Assembly: GCA_001775555.1 (NCBI GenBank)
Contig: MEXE01000042.1
Location: 1 to 46,243, forward strand
Length of the DNA stretch: 46,243 nucleotides
Direction: 5' to 3'
Origin: Candidatus Amesbacteria bacterium RBG_19FT_COMBO_48_16
GTDB lineage: Bacteria > Patescibacteriota > Microgenomatia > CAZETR01 > Amesbacteraceae
In this document: positions 25,669 to 33,529 of the stretch, piece by piece
Layout: every line of letters starts with the position of its first letter
Numbering within the stretch: the first letter of the stretch is position 1
Position numbers and translations under genes: made by a program
The notes under the pieces: model-generated
Database searches by the model: none
Seen by the model: only the letters and a program-made list of their open reading frames with translations
Told to the model about the DNA's origin: nothing

Positions 25669-26772
25669 TTGGCTCATGATATGCCTCAAAAACCCGTTGC
25701 CAGAACAGAATTTGCCCAAGCGGTTACCCAAATCGCCCGTGAGCGTAATCTCGACCCGGATATAGTCCTGGATGCTATCAAACAGGCCAAACTGGCCGCT
25801 TTCAAAAAAGACCACCCCGAAAGTTACCGCGAAGACTGTCTTTACGAAGTCGAGCTGGATCCCGGTACCGGGCAAGCCCGGATTTTTGAAACACCCGGAG
25901 AGATTTACCAGGAGGATGAACAAACCCGGGTTCGGGTTCAAAAAGGGGCCACCCCGGTTGATGTCACTCCTCCCGGTTTCGGCCGGATAGCCGCTCAAAC
26001 CGCCAAACAGGTGATTTACCAAAAAATCCGCGAAGCCGAGAAGTCTGTAGTGGTTGCCGAATATGAAAAGCGTTTGGGGACTCTGGTAAACGGCATGATT
26101 ATTCGTTTTGTCGGCAGTGACATCATTGTCGATATAGGCAAGGCCGAAGCTGTTATGTCCCCCTCCGAGCAGGTTCACTCGGAAGATTACCGTTTAAACC
26201 AGCGCCTCACTTTCTATTTACACAGTATCAGGGACAGCCTGCGGGGTAAGGAAGTTGTAGTTTCCAGATCCGATTCCGGCCTTATCCGCGAGCTTTTCCG
26301 TCGGGAAGTGCCCGAAGTCGCTTCGGGGGCAGTCGAAATCAAAGCCATTGCCCGGGACCCTGGCTCCCGCTCCAAAGTCGCAGTTTACTCCCACCAGTCA
26401 GGTGTCGATCCGGTCGGTTCTTGTGTCGGCCAAAAAGGAGTCCGCGTTCAGGCGGTTATCGGGGAGCTCAACGGGGAAAAATTAGATATAGTTCAATTCA
26501 GCGAAGATTTGGATAAGTACATTTCCGCCGCTCTTTCTCCCGCCAGCGGCTTGACGGTCAAAGTTAATTCCAAGTCTCAGACTGCTTTAGTCACAGCCCC
26601 CGCCGACCAGTTGCCACTGGCTATTGGTCGCGACGGCCAAAACGCCAAACTGGCAGGTAAACTCACCGGCATCCACATCGATATTATCGGTGAAAAAGGT
26701 ACTTCGGAGCAAAAAGAAGAGATCTCCGACCAAGACGACAAACCACAAACCTCAAATTCCAATTCACAATGA
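25669..26772 (+). CDS. nusA: Transcription termination/antitermination factor NusA
   Basis: The N-terminal domain, S1 domain and two KH domains are present (...VSRSDSGLIRELFRREVPEV...GVDPVGSCVGQKGVRVQAVIGELNGEKLDIVQF...). The start is either TTG 25669 or ATG 25681. No acidic AR repeats. Confidence 0.93.
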   Translation: MAHDMPQKPVARTEFAQAVTQIARERNLDPDIVLDAIKQAKLAAFKKDHPESYREDCLYEVELDPGTGQARIFETPGEIYQEDEQTRVRVQKGATPVDVTPPGFGRIAAQTAKQVIYQKIREAEKSVVVAEYEKRLGTLVNGMIIRFVGSDIIVDIGKAEAVMSPSEQVHSEDYRLNQRLTFYLHSIRDSLRGKEVVVSRSDSGLIRELFRREVPEVASGAVEIKAIARDPGSRSKVAVYSHQSGVDPVGSCVGQKGVRVQAVIGELNGEKLDIVQFSEDLDKYISAALSPASGLTVKVNSKSQTALVTAPADQLPLAIGRDGQNAKLAGKLTGIHIDIIGEKGTSEQKEEISDQDDKPQTSNSNSQ

Positions 26773-26883
26773 AATCGCAAGTTTCAAATTCACAATTGGG
26801 ATTTGACAAATTGAAGAATTGAGACATCATTGGGATTTGTGGCTTGTTTAGGATTTAGATATTAGAAATTAGAAATTTTTATC

Positions 26884-28299
26884 ATGCTTTCACCCCGTCC
26901 GCCCATAATTGTCATCCTGGGTCATGTTGACCACGGCAAAACAACCCTCTTGGATTACCTGCACCAAACGAACGTCACCGCCGGCGAAGCGGGTGGTATC
27001 ACTCAACATACCCGCTCTTTCCAGCTACGATCTACAAACCACGAACTACTAACCTTCATAGATACTCCCGGTCACGCCGCCTTCTCCCAAATGCGCTACC
27101 GTGGGTCTTCGGTTGCTGACCTGGCAATACTGATAGTCGCCGCCGATGACGGGGTCATGCCCCAGACTCTTGAATCCATCAATTTTATCCGTCAAACTGC
27201 TGTGCCTTTTTTGGTTGCCATTACCAAAAGCGATCTCTCTGCCGCAGACCCCCAGCGCGTCAAACACCAGCTGGCCGAAGCCGGGGTTTTAGTGGAAGGA
27301 TCGGGAGGGCAGATTCCCGCGGTCTCCATCTCTGCCAAAACCGGCCGGGGCATTCCGGAACTATTGGAGATTATCCACCTTCTGGCTAGTCTATCTCCTC
27401 CCCAGTCAGACCCCGAAGGCTCCCTGGAAAGCTTCGTCCTTGAAAGCCGTCTCGATTCAAAAAAAGGCCCTTTGGCTGTCGTCATAGTCACCAACGGCAC
27501 TCTCAAAATCGGCCAGCCCCTGTTCCAGACGGAAAATATTGGCAAAGTCAAAGCGCTGTTCGATTCACAGGGGCAACCGGTCACCCTGGCCCTTCCCGGA
27601 ACTCCGGCAGAGATTCTGGGCTTATCCCGGGTTCCTGCAGTCGGCTCTCTGCTTGCCGACAAAATCACCTCCCCCCCCGCAACTTCACCTCAAACGGATA
27701 AGACCCAAGCCGAGGCATCCGCAGCCCGATTCAATATTATTCTCAAAACCGATGTGGCTGGTTCTCTGGAAGCTGTCCGGTCTTCACTCGGCCCCGAAAT
27801 ACAGGTTATTTATTCAGGAACGGGCGATGTCAACGACAGTGACGTTCTTTTGGCTCGTAGTTCCCAAAGTTTGATTGTGGCCTTTAATGTCAAAGTCCCT
27901 TCTGGTGTTTCTAAGCTGGCCGAAATTGAGAAAGTCCGCATTTTATCCTCAAATATTATCTATGAACTTCTCGACAATCTTAATAAAATTACTTCTCCCC
28001 AGTCCGAGGAGACGATACTCGGCAAAGGTCAAGTTCTGGCCGCGTTCAAAATCGGCCAGGACCGGATTGCCGGCATCCGCTGCACCGAAGGAGTCATTTC
28101 CAAATCGGATACCGTCAAACTCCTCCGCGGCGACCTGCCTTCAGGCACTGCGAAAATTAAATCTCTCAAGATTTCCAAAAATGACGTCATTTCGGTTAAG
28201 TCCGGTACGGAGTTTGGGGCTATATTCACGCCTTACCTTGACTTTAAAGTCGGTGATAATATAATTGCCATCGTCACCCATGGCCCGACCAGATCTTAG
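26884..28299 (+). CDS. infB: Translation initiation factor IF-2, minimal form (471 aa)
   Basis: The G1 motif begins at residue 13 ([14 protein letters not shown]), followed by DTPGH and the C-terminal beta-barrels. An in-frame TAG at 26863-26865 excludes a longer N-terminus. Confidence 0.92.
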   Translation: MLSPRPPIIVILGHVDHGKTTLLDYLHQTNVTAGEAGGITQHTRSFQLRSTNHELLTFIDTPGHAAFSQMRYRGSSVADLAILIVAADDGVMPQTLESINFIRQTAVPFLVAITKSDLSAADPQRVKHQLAEAGVLVEGSGGQIPAVSISAKTGRGIPELLEIIHLLASLSPPQSDPEGSLESFVLESRLDSKKGPLAVVIVTNGTLKIGQPLFQTENIGKVKALFDSQGQPVTLALPGTPAEILGLSRVPAVGSLLADKITSPPATSPQTDKTQAEASAARFNIILKTDVAGSLEAVRSSLGPEIQVIYSGTGDVNDSDVLLARSSQSLIVAFNVKVPSGVSKLAEIEKVRILSSNIIYELLDNLNKITSPQSEETILGKGQVLAAFKIGQDRIAGIRCTEGVISKSDTVKLLRGDLPSGTAKIKSLKISKNDVISVKSGTEFGAIFTPYLDFKVGDNIIAIVTHGPTRS

Positions 28300-29185
28300 C
28301 CAGTTGAAGGCCTTGCTTGAATCTGCCCGTTTGGTAAGCGTCCTTCTTCCCCAAAATCCGTCCTACGACTCTGTGGCTTCAGGGTTAGCTCTTAAATTAT
28401 CCTTGGAATCCTTAGGCAAATCAGTAGCCGCGGCTTGTCCTGATTCTATGACGGTCGAGTTCAACCGTCTGGTGGGCGTGGACACCATTACCACCTCTAT
28501 TACCAATAGGGATCTGCTGATCACCTTTGCCGATCAGACCGAGCATGTGGACAAAGTCAGTTATAACCTCGAAGGCGGACAGTTGCAGTTGGTGGTTACT
28601 TCCAAACCCGGCTCGCCTCATCTCGACCACACCCGGCTCCGTTTTGTCTCCGGGTCAGGCAAGTCTGATCTCCATATTCTGGTCGGAGTCGATCAACTGC
28701 TTCATCTGGGCTCGATTTATCACCAGGCCAAAGACATTATTTCTGCCTCTCCAGTAGCTTCTCTCACCCGGCAATTGCCGGCAGAGAATTACACTCCCCA
28801 CCAATATTACGACCCGGATACCTCTTCATTATGTGAGTTGGTGACTCTTATTATTGATTCCTTAGGGTTACATTTGCCGGTTGACGCTGCCTCCAATCTC
28901 CTCTCCGGACTTGAAATGACTACCCAAAATTTCCAGTCCCATTTGGTAACTGTCGGCACTTTTGAAGTCGCCGCTCATCTTCTCCGCCAAGGTGCCCGGC
29001 GTCACCAGGCTTTTGATCCCGGCCATCTCCCTCCCGGCTCCATTCCCCAAGCCCCCCAACCTTCCTCACAGCTGGGTTACGGTACCGACAGCCAACCCGT
29101 CGCTCCTCCGGATAAAGCCGACGCCAAAGAACCTCCGCCTGACTGGTATGAACCCAAAATTTACCAAGGCCCCATGCTGCCCTAA
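28280..29185 (+). CDS. DHH-family (NrnA-like) fold protein with degenerate catalytic motifs and a Pro-rich tail
   Basis: The layout matches the NrnA N-domain, but motif I reads LLPQNPSYDSVASGLAL where H-x-x-P-D-x-D-x-x-G-S is expected. The DHH position reads VGVDQLLH and the DTG position reads LEMTTQNF. No DHHA1/GGGH region is present. The start is placed at ATG 28280, overlapping the infB end. Confidence 0.5.
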   Translation: MARPDLSQLKALLESARLVSVLLPQNPSYDSVASGLALKLSLESLGKSVAAACPDSMTVEFNRLVGVDTITTSITNRDLLITFADQTEHVDKVSYNLEGGQLQLVVTSKPGSPHLDHTRLRFVSGSGKSDLHILVGVDQLLHLGSIYHQAKDIISASPVASLTRQLPAENYTPHQYYDPDTSSLCELVTLIIDSLGLHLPVDAASNLLSGLEMTTQNFQSHLVTVGTFEVAAHLLRQGARRHQAFDPGHLPPGSIPQAPQPSSQLGYGTDSQPVAPPDKADAKEPPPDWYEPKIYQGPMLP

Positions 29186-29212
29186 TTTTTCAATTTATTC
29201 AGACCGAAATAC

Positions 29213-29449
29213 ATGACAGAACAAACTGTAACGGAATATTTATCAGATTTACAAAGAATTAAAGACTGTTTAACTGGCGATCCAAAGCAGGATATTTTAG
29301 TTAGTACAGCTTTGGGGGTATTAGCGAGCAATGTAAAACTTACTTATGCCAGCACCGATGATCTAACCGTTGGAGAAGCCGAAAGGGTTTTAGATGAAAT
29401 TAGAAAGGCCATCTCTCCTCAAAAGTCTGCTCCCCAAATCTTAAGATAA
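29213..29449 (+). CDS. Hypothetical protein (78 aa)
   Basis: ORF in a visibly A/T-richer stretch. No recognisable motifs. Confidence 0.35.
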   Translation: MTEQTVTEYLSDLQRIKDCLTGDPKQDILVSTALGVLASNVKLTYASTDDLTVGEAERVLDEIRKAISPQKSAPQILR

Positions 29450-29463
29450 ACCCGCAATTTTAT

Positions 29464-29667
29464 ATGTCAGAATTTCCATCCCCATTTAGACCAGAATCTC
29501 ACGACACTGGCTCAGGTATCACCATAGAAACCGGTGATGCCCAAGTCACTTTACCCCCGGAAGCTGCCAAAAATCTGATTTTTTTGATTTTGCGATACAG
29601 GTTCCTCCGCTTGCTCCATCTAACAAAAGAGATTATAATAGCGCTTGCTACAAAGCGGAGACATTAA
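29464..29667 (+). CDS. Hypothetical protein (67 aa)
   Basis: ORF starting 14 nt after the previous one, with a hydrophobic/basic C-terminal half LIFLILRYRFLRLLHL. No recognisable family. Confidence 0.3.
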   Translation: MSEFPSPFRPESHDTGSGITIETGDAQVTLPPEAAKNLIFLILRYRFLRLLHLTKEIIIALATKRRH

Positions 29668-29754
29668 CGAAAGTTTGGTTGGTTTTCAGCTCTCACTTTC
29701 GCTGTATCTCTCGCCTTTTTATTGCAATTTTAGTTTGATTTTTCCCGAAACGTT

Positions 29755-29777
29755 CTCCCTCTTAAGTTAAGAGGGAG
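29755..29777. repeat. Palindromic hairpin repeat, copy D (CTCCCTCTTAA-G-TTAAGAGGGAG)
   Basis: Perfect 11+1+11 palindrome. It is followed by atgcaAGAGGGAGttataaaaATG, the rpsO SD and start. Confidence 0.9.
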
Positions 29778-29798
29778 ATGCAAGAGGGAGTTATAAAA

Positions 29799-30068
29799 AT
29801 GGCCCTAGACACCACCGCCAAACAGGAAGTCATCAAAAAATTCGCCCAAGCCAAAGGCGACACTGGCTCGCCCGAAGTCCAGGCGGCTCTGTTATCTGAA
29901 AAAATCACCAAACTGGCCGAGCATCTCAAACTTCACAAAAAAGACAATCACTCCAGAAGGGGACTTATCAGCATGGTTTCCAAACGCCGCCGGCTTCTTT
30001 TCTATTTGCAAAAGAAAGACCCCAAACGTTTTCAAGTCATTGCCAAAAAACTGGCCCTGTCAAAATAA
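29799..30068 (+). CDS. rpsO: 30S ribosomal protein S15
   Basis: [70 protein letters not shown]. The start is ATG 29799, not the track's 29778. Confidence 0.93.
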   Translation: MALDTTAKQEVIKKFAQAKGDTGSPEVQAALLSEKITKLAEHLKLHKKDNHSRRGLISMVSKRRRLLFYLQKKDPKRFQVIAKKLALSK

Positions 30069-30075
30069 ATTATTC

Positions 30076-30084
30076 TGGTATAAT
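30076..30084 (+). promoter_or_regulatory. Extended -10 element TGGTATAAT between rpsO and pnp
   Basis: TGGTATAAT lies 8 nt after the rpsO stop and is followed by a ~100-nt leader with GAAGAG...CTCTTC and TTTCC...GGAAA pairing potential. Confidence 0.4.
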
Positions 30085-30182
30085 ATCATTTAAATAATTA
30101 ATTTCCAGGAGGCGTTCAAGGAGTGCGAAGAGAAGTTAAACCCTCTTCTTCAGACTTCTGGAGCGCTTCGGAAATTTCGTAA

Positions 30183-32396
30183 ATGAAAGTTGTCAGTAAA
30201 TCCATAGATTTGGCGGGTCGGGTCCTGTCGCTCGAAGTCGGACGCCTGGCCCAGCAAGCCACGAGCGCCGTTTTAGCCCGTTACGGCGATACTGTAGTTC
30301 TTTCGACAGTTGTAGTTGGCCAGGAAGATTCCAAAAAGGATTATCTTCCCCTCTCCATAGAATATCAGGAACGTCTCTATGCCGGAGGCCGGATTAAAGG
30401 TTCCCGCTGGGTCAAGCGTGAAGGCCGGCCTACCGACGCCGAGACTCTCTCCGCCCGCCTGATTGACCGTTCTATCCGTCCTCTTTTCCCCAAAGACTTC
30501 CGCCGTGAAATCCAGGTTATAGTTACAGTACTTTCTGCTGATTTGGTAAATGACCCGGACGTATTAGGAATTATTGCCACTTCCGCCGCCGTAGCCATTT
30601 CCCCTCTTCCCTGGTCCGGGCCCGTTGGGGCGGTCCGCGTCGGCTTAACTGACGGCCAGCCGGTGACAAACCCCCAAAACGGAAACCGCACAGGCGTTGA
30701 TTTGGATTTGGTAGTCGCCAGCACCGACCGGCTCATCAATATGATCGAAGCCGGAGCCCGCCAAATCCCGGAGGATCAGGTTTTGACCGCTCTGCAGGCC
30801 GGTTTCACAACCAACCAAGATATTATCGGTTTGATCAACTCTCTTGTTACCGAAGTCGGTCGCGACAAGCTCTCACTTGCTACCAGCCCGCCTCCGGCCA
30901 AACTGGTAGCCGAGCTGGAAAAACTGCTCCGTCCGAAGTTAGAGGATTATATTTCCAATTTTGCCGACAAAGAAGGGGGCCATCTGGATAATGTTATTGC
31001 CCAGGCGGCAGCCGACTTGGAAGACAAAGACAAAACTTTCCTGCCCGTCATAGTAGAAAACTTACTCAAGAAATTAGTTCGCACCAATATTCTGGACAAA
31101 AGCCGTCGTCCTGATGACCGGAAATTTGACCAAATCCGGCCGCTTAGCTCCGAGGTGGCTGTCTTACCGCGGGTTCACGGTTCGGCCATTTTCCAGCGCG
31201 GCCAAACCCAGGTCTTAACAGTTACCACTCTTGGTGCACCGTCTTTGTCTCAATCCCTCGAATCCGCAGAAGGTGAGGAAACCAAGCGCTACATGCACCA
31301 TTATAATTTCCCCCCGTATAGTGTTGGGGAAACAGGCCGCATGGGCTCACCCAGCCGCCGGGAAATAGGCCACGGCGCTCTGGCGGAGCGGGCTTTGGCT
31401 CCGGTTATTCCCGACGAATCGGTCTTCCCTTATGCCATCCGGGTAGTTTCCGAGGTGGAGAGTTCAAACGGTTCCACCTCCATGGCCAGTGCCTGCGGTT
31501 CAACCCTTTCTTTAATGGACGCCGGCGTTCCCTTAACGGCTCCCGTAGCCGGTATTTCTATCGGTTTAGTCACTCCCGACTCATACCCCCAAAAGACCGA
31601 CAAATTTATTCTCTTGACTGATATTATCGGTCTGGAAGATTACTACACCGATATGGATTTCAAAGTCGCAGGTACCACCACCGGTATTACCGCAATTCAG
31701 CTTGATGTCAAAGTCCCGGGGATTACCTTGGACATTTGTCGTCAAACGCTTGTCTATGCCAAAACCGCCCGCCTGCAAATTTTAGAAGCCATACTCAAGG
31801 TTTTACCTGTGTCTCGGCCTCAGCTTTCTCCGTATGCTCCCAAAATTAACACCGTCCAAATCCCGGTTGACCGGATAGGCGAACTTATCGGTCCCGGCGG
31901 CAAAATAATCAGAAAATTGATGGCAGATACCGAGACTACCATTGATGTTCGTGACGATGGATCAGTTTTCGTCTCCGGCCTAAATCAGACCGGGATGGAC
32001 AAAGCCTTAACCTGGATCAGTTCTTTGGGTAAAGAAGTTACCCCGGGTGAAATTTACGAAGGTACCGTCGTTCGTATCCAGCCTTTTGGTGCCTTTGTGA
32101 ACATCTTGCCTGGCAAAGACGGCCTGGTTCACGTTTCTCAAATGGATAGTAACTTCGTTTCTGACCCCCGTCAGGTAGTCAAGGAAGGTGACACAGTTAA
32201 AGTCTGGGTAACTGAAATTGATCCTCAGGGCAGGGTTAATTTAAGCATGCTTTTTGACCCGTCCGGTAGTCCTGTTGTCAAAGCTCGGGAAGACCGTCCG
32301 CCGTCCAGACCCTACTCAGGCGGCAGCTTCCGTGGTCCTTCGCCTCGTCGTAGTTCAGGCGGCTTTCGTGACCAAGGGTCTAGGCGCCGCTTCTAA
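30183..32396 (+). CDS. pnp: Polyribonucleotide nucleotidyltransferase (PNPase)
   Basis: 737 aa with two RNase PH domains, a KH domain and an S1 domain (...GEIYEGTVVRIQPFGAFVNILPGKDGLVHVSQM...). It has an RG-rich tail. Confidence 0.97.
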   Translation: MKVVSKSIDLAGRVLSLEVGRLAQQATSAVLARYGDTVVLSTVVVGQEDSKKDYLPLSIEYQERLYAGGRIKGSRWVKREGRPTDAETLSARLIDRSIRPLFPKDFRREIQVIVTVLSADLVNDPDVLGIIATSAAVAISPLPWSGPVGAVRVGLTDGQPVTNPQNGNRTGVDLDLVVASTDRLINMIEAGARQIPEDQVLTALQAGFTTNQDIIGLINSLVTEVGRDKLSLATSPPPAKLVAELEKLLRPKLEDYISNFADKEGGHLDNVIAQAAADLEDKDKTFLPVIVENLLKKLVRTNILDKSRRPDDRKFDQIRPLSSEVAVLPRVHGSAIFQRGQTQVLTVTTLGAPSLSQSLESAEGEETKRYMHHYNFPPYSVGETGRMGSPSRREIGHGALAERALAPVIPDESVFPYAIRVVSEVESSNGSTSMASACGSTLSLMDAGVPLTAPVAGISIGLVTPDSYPQKTDKFILLTDIIGLEDYYTDMDFKVAGTTTGITAIQLDVKVPGITLDICRQTLVYAKTARLQILEAILKVLPVSRPQLSPYAPKINTVQIPVDRIGELIGPGGKIIRKLMADTETTIDVRDDGSVFVSGLNQTGMDKALTWISSLGKEVTPGEIYEGTVVRIQPFGAFVNILPGKDGLVHVSQMDSNFVSDPRQVVKEGDTVKVWVTEIDPQGRVNLSMLFDPSGSPVVKAREDRPPSRPYSGGSFRGPSPRRSSGGFRDQGSRRRF

Positions 32397-32439
32397 AAAC
32401 CCAATACTTCAGCCAAACTTGGTGTAAACTAATATCCAT

Positions 32440-33486
32440 ATGGACGACCAGCTCACCTCAGATATTACCAAGCTTACCCAGCTTCTTGCTTCTGCCACTC
32501 TGCCTGATGACCTCCGGACAAAAGCCGAGGATATGTTGGCCCGCCTGTCTCGTCAGGCCAAACACGGCAGCTACTCTGCGGACTTCGAACAGGTCCAACA
32601 TTACCTTGACTGGATCACTCACTTGCCCTGGTCTACCACTACTCCGGACATCTTGGACTTAAAACACGTCAAGCAGGTTCTGGACTCTCACCATTTTGGC
32701 CTTGAGGATCTAAAACACCGGTTTCTGGAATATATGTCCGTTCTGATTCTCAACGAGACCAAAGGCAACACCGATTTCCATGCCCCGGTTCTATTGTTGG
32801 TTGGCTTGGTCGGTACCGGTAAAACTACAATTGCCTCAAGTATATGTGAAGCTATGGGTAGAAAATTCATTCGTATCCCTTTTGGCGGCATGAGTTCGGC
32901 CCTTGATCTGCGCGGTCAATCCCGGATCCAGCCGGACGCCGAACCTGGCCAGATTATCAAAGGTTTACGCCGGGCAGGTTCCCGAAACCCCGTGATTCTT
33001 CTTGATGAGATTGACCGTGTGGCCGACTCCAGCCGGGGAGAAATTATGGGAGTTTTGGTCGAGCTTCTCGATCCCGAGCAAAACAACGCTTTTTCTGATC
33101 ATTTCATCGATTACCCTTTTGATCTTTCCCAGGCTGTTTTTATCGCCACCGCCAACAACACCACTCACATTAATACTGCTGTCATGGACCGTTTGGAACC
33201 TATCCTCATGCCTTCCTACACCGATGAGGAAAAAATTACTATCGGCCGCGACTATGTCCTGCCGGCCGAAATCCAAAAAGCCGCTTTAGCAAAAAACACT
33301 CTCAAAATAGAAGATACGGTCTGGCCCAAAATTGTGCGACCCTTGGGATTTGATGCCGGTCTCCGGACCCTCGAACGGACTATCCAGGGAATTGTCAGAA
33401 AGACTGCCAAACTGGTGGTCGAAGGCCGGGGCAAGGAATTTGTTATTACTCCGGACAACGTCCGCGACTTCCTCCCCAGCTACTAA
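32440..33486 (+). CDS. Lon-like AAA+ ATPase module without an N-terminal substrate domain or a protease domain
   Basis: HFGLEDLKHRFLEYMSV, Walker A GLVGTGKTT, Walker B VILLDEIDRV, sensor ATANN and VMDRLEPILMPSYTDEEKITIGRDYVLP align with the LonA ATPase domain. The ORF ends where the protease domain would begin. Confidence 0.75.
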   Translation: MDDQLTSDITKLTQLLASATLPDDLRTKAEDMLARLSRQAKHGSYSADFEQVQHYLDWITHLPWSTTTPDILDLKHVKQVLDSHHFGLEDLKHRFLEYMSVLILNETKGNTDFHAPVLLLVGLVGTGKTTIASSICEAMGRKFIRIPFGGMSSALDLRGQSRIQPDAEPGQIIKGLRRAGSRNPVILLDEIDRVADSSRGEIMGVLVELLDPEQNNAFSDHFIDYPFDLSQAVFIATANNTTHINTAVMDRLEPILMPSYTDEEKITIGRDYVLPAEIQKAALAKNTLKIEDTVWPKIVRPLGFDAGLRTLERTIQGIVRKTAKLVVEGRGKEFVITPDNVRDFLPSY

Positions 33487-33490
33487 AGCC

Positions 33491-33514
33491 GTATCATGCA
33501 TCGATGCATGATAC
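33491..33514. repeat. Perfect 24-bp palindrome GTATCATGCATCGATGCATGATAC
   Basis: It starts 5 nt after the Lon-like stop codon and ends 15 nt before the UDG gene. No T-tract follows. Confidence 0.9.
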
Positions 33515-33529
33515 AGAAATTAATTAAAT

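Noticed and set aside
30085-30182. Structured pnp leader as an RNase III autoregulatory hairpin
   Set aside because: Pairing segments exist (GAGGAG/CTCTTC-like and TTTCC/GGAAA), but I could not draw one convincing long stem by eye. This needs computational folding.
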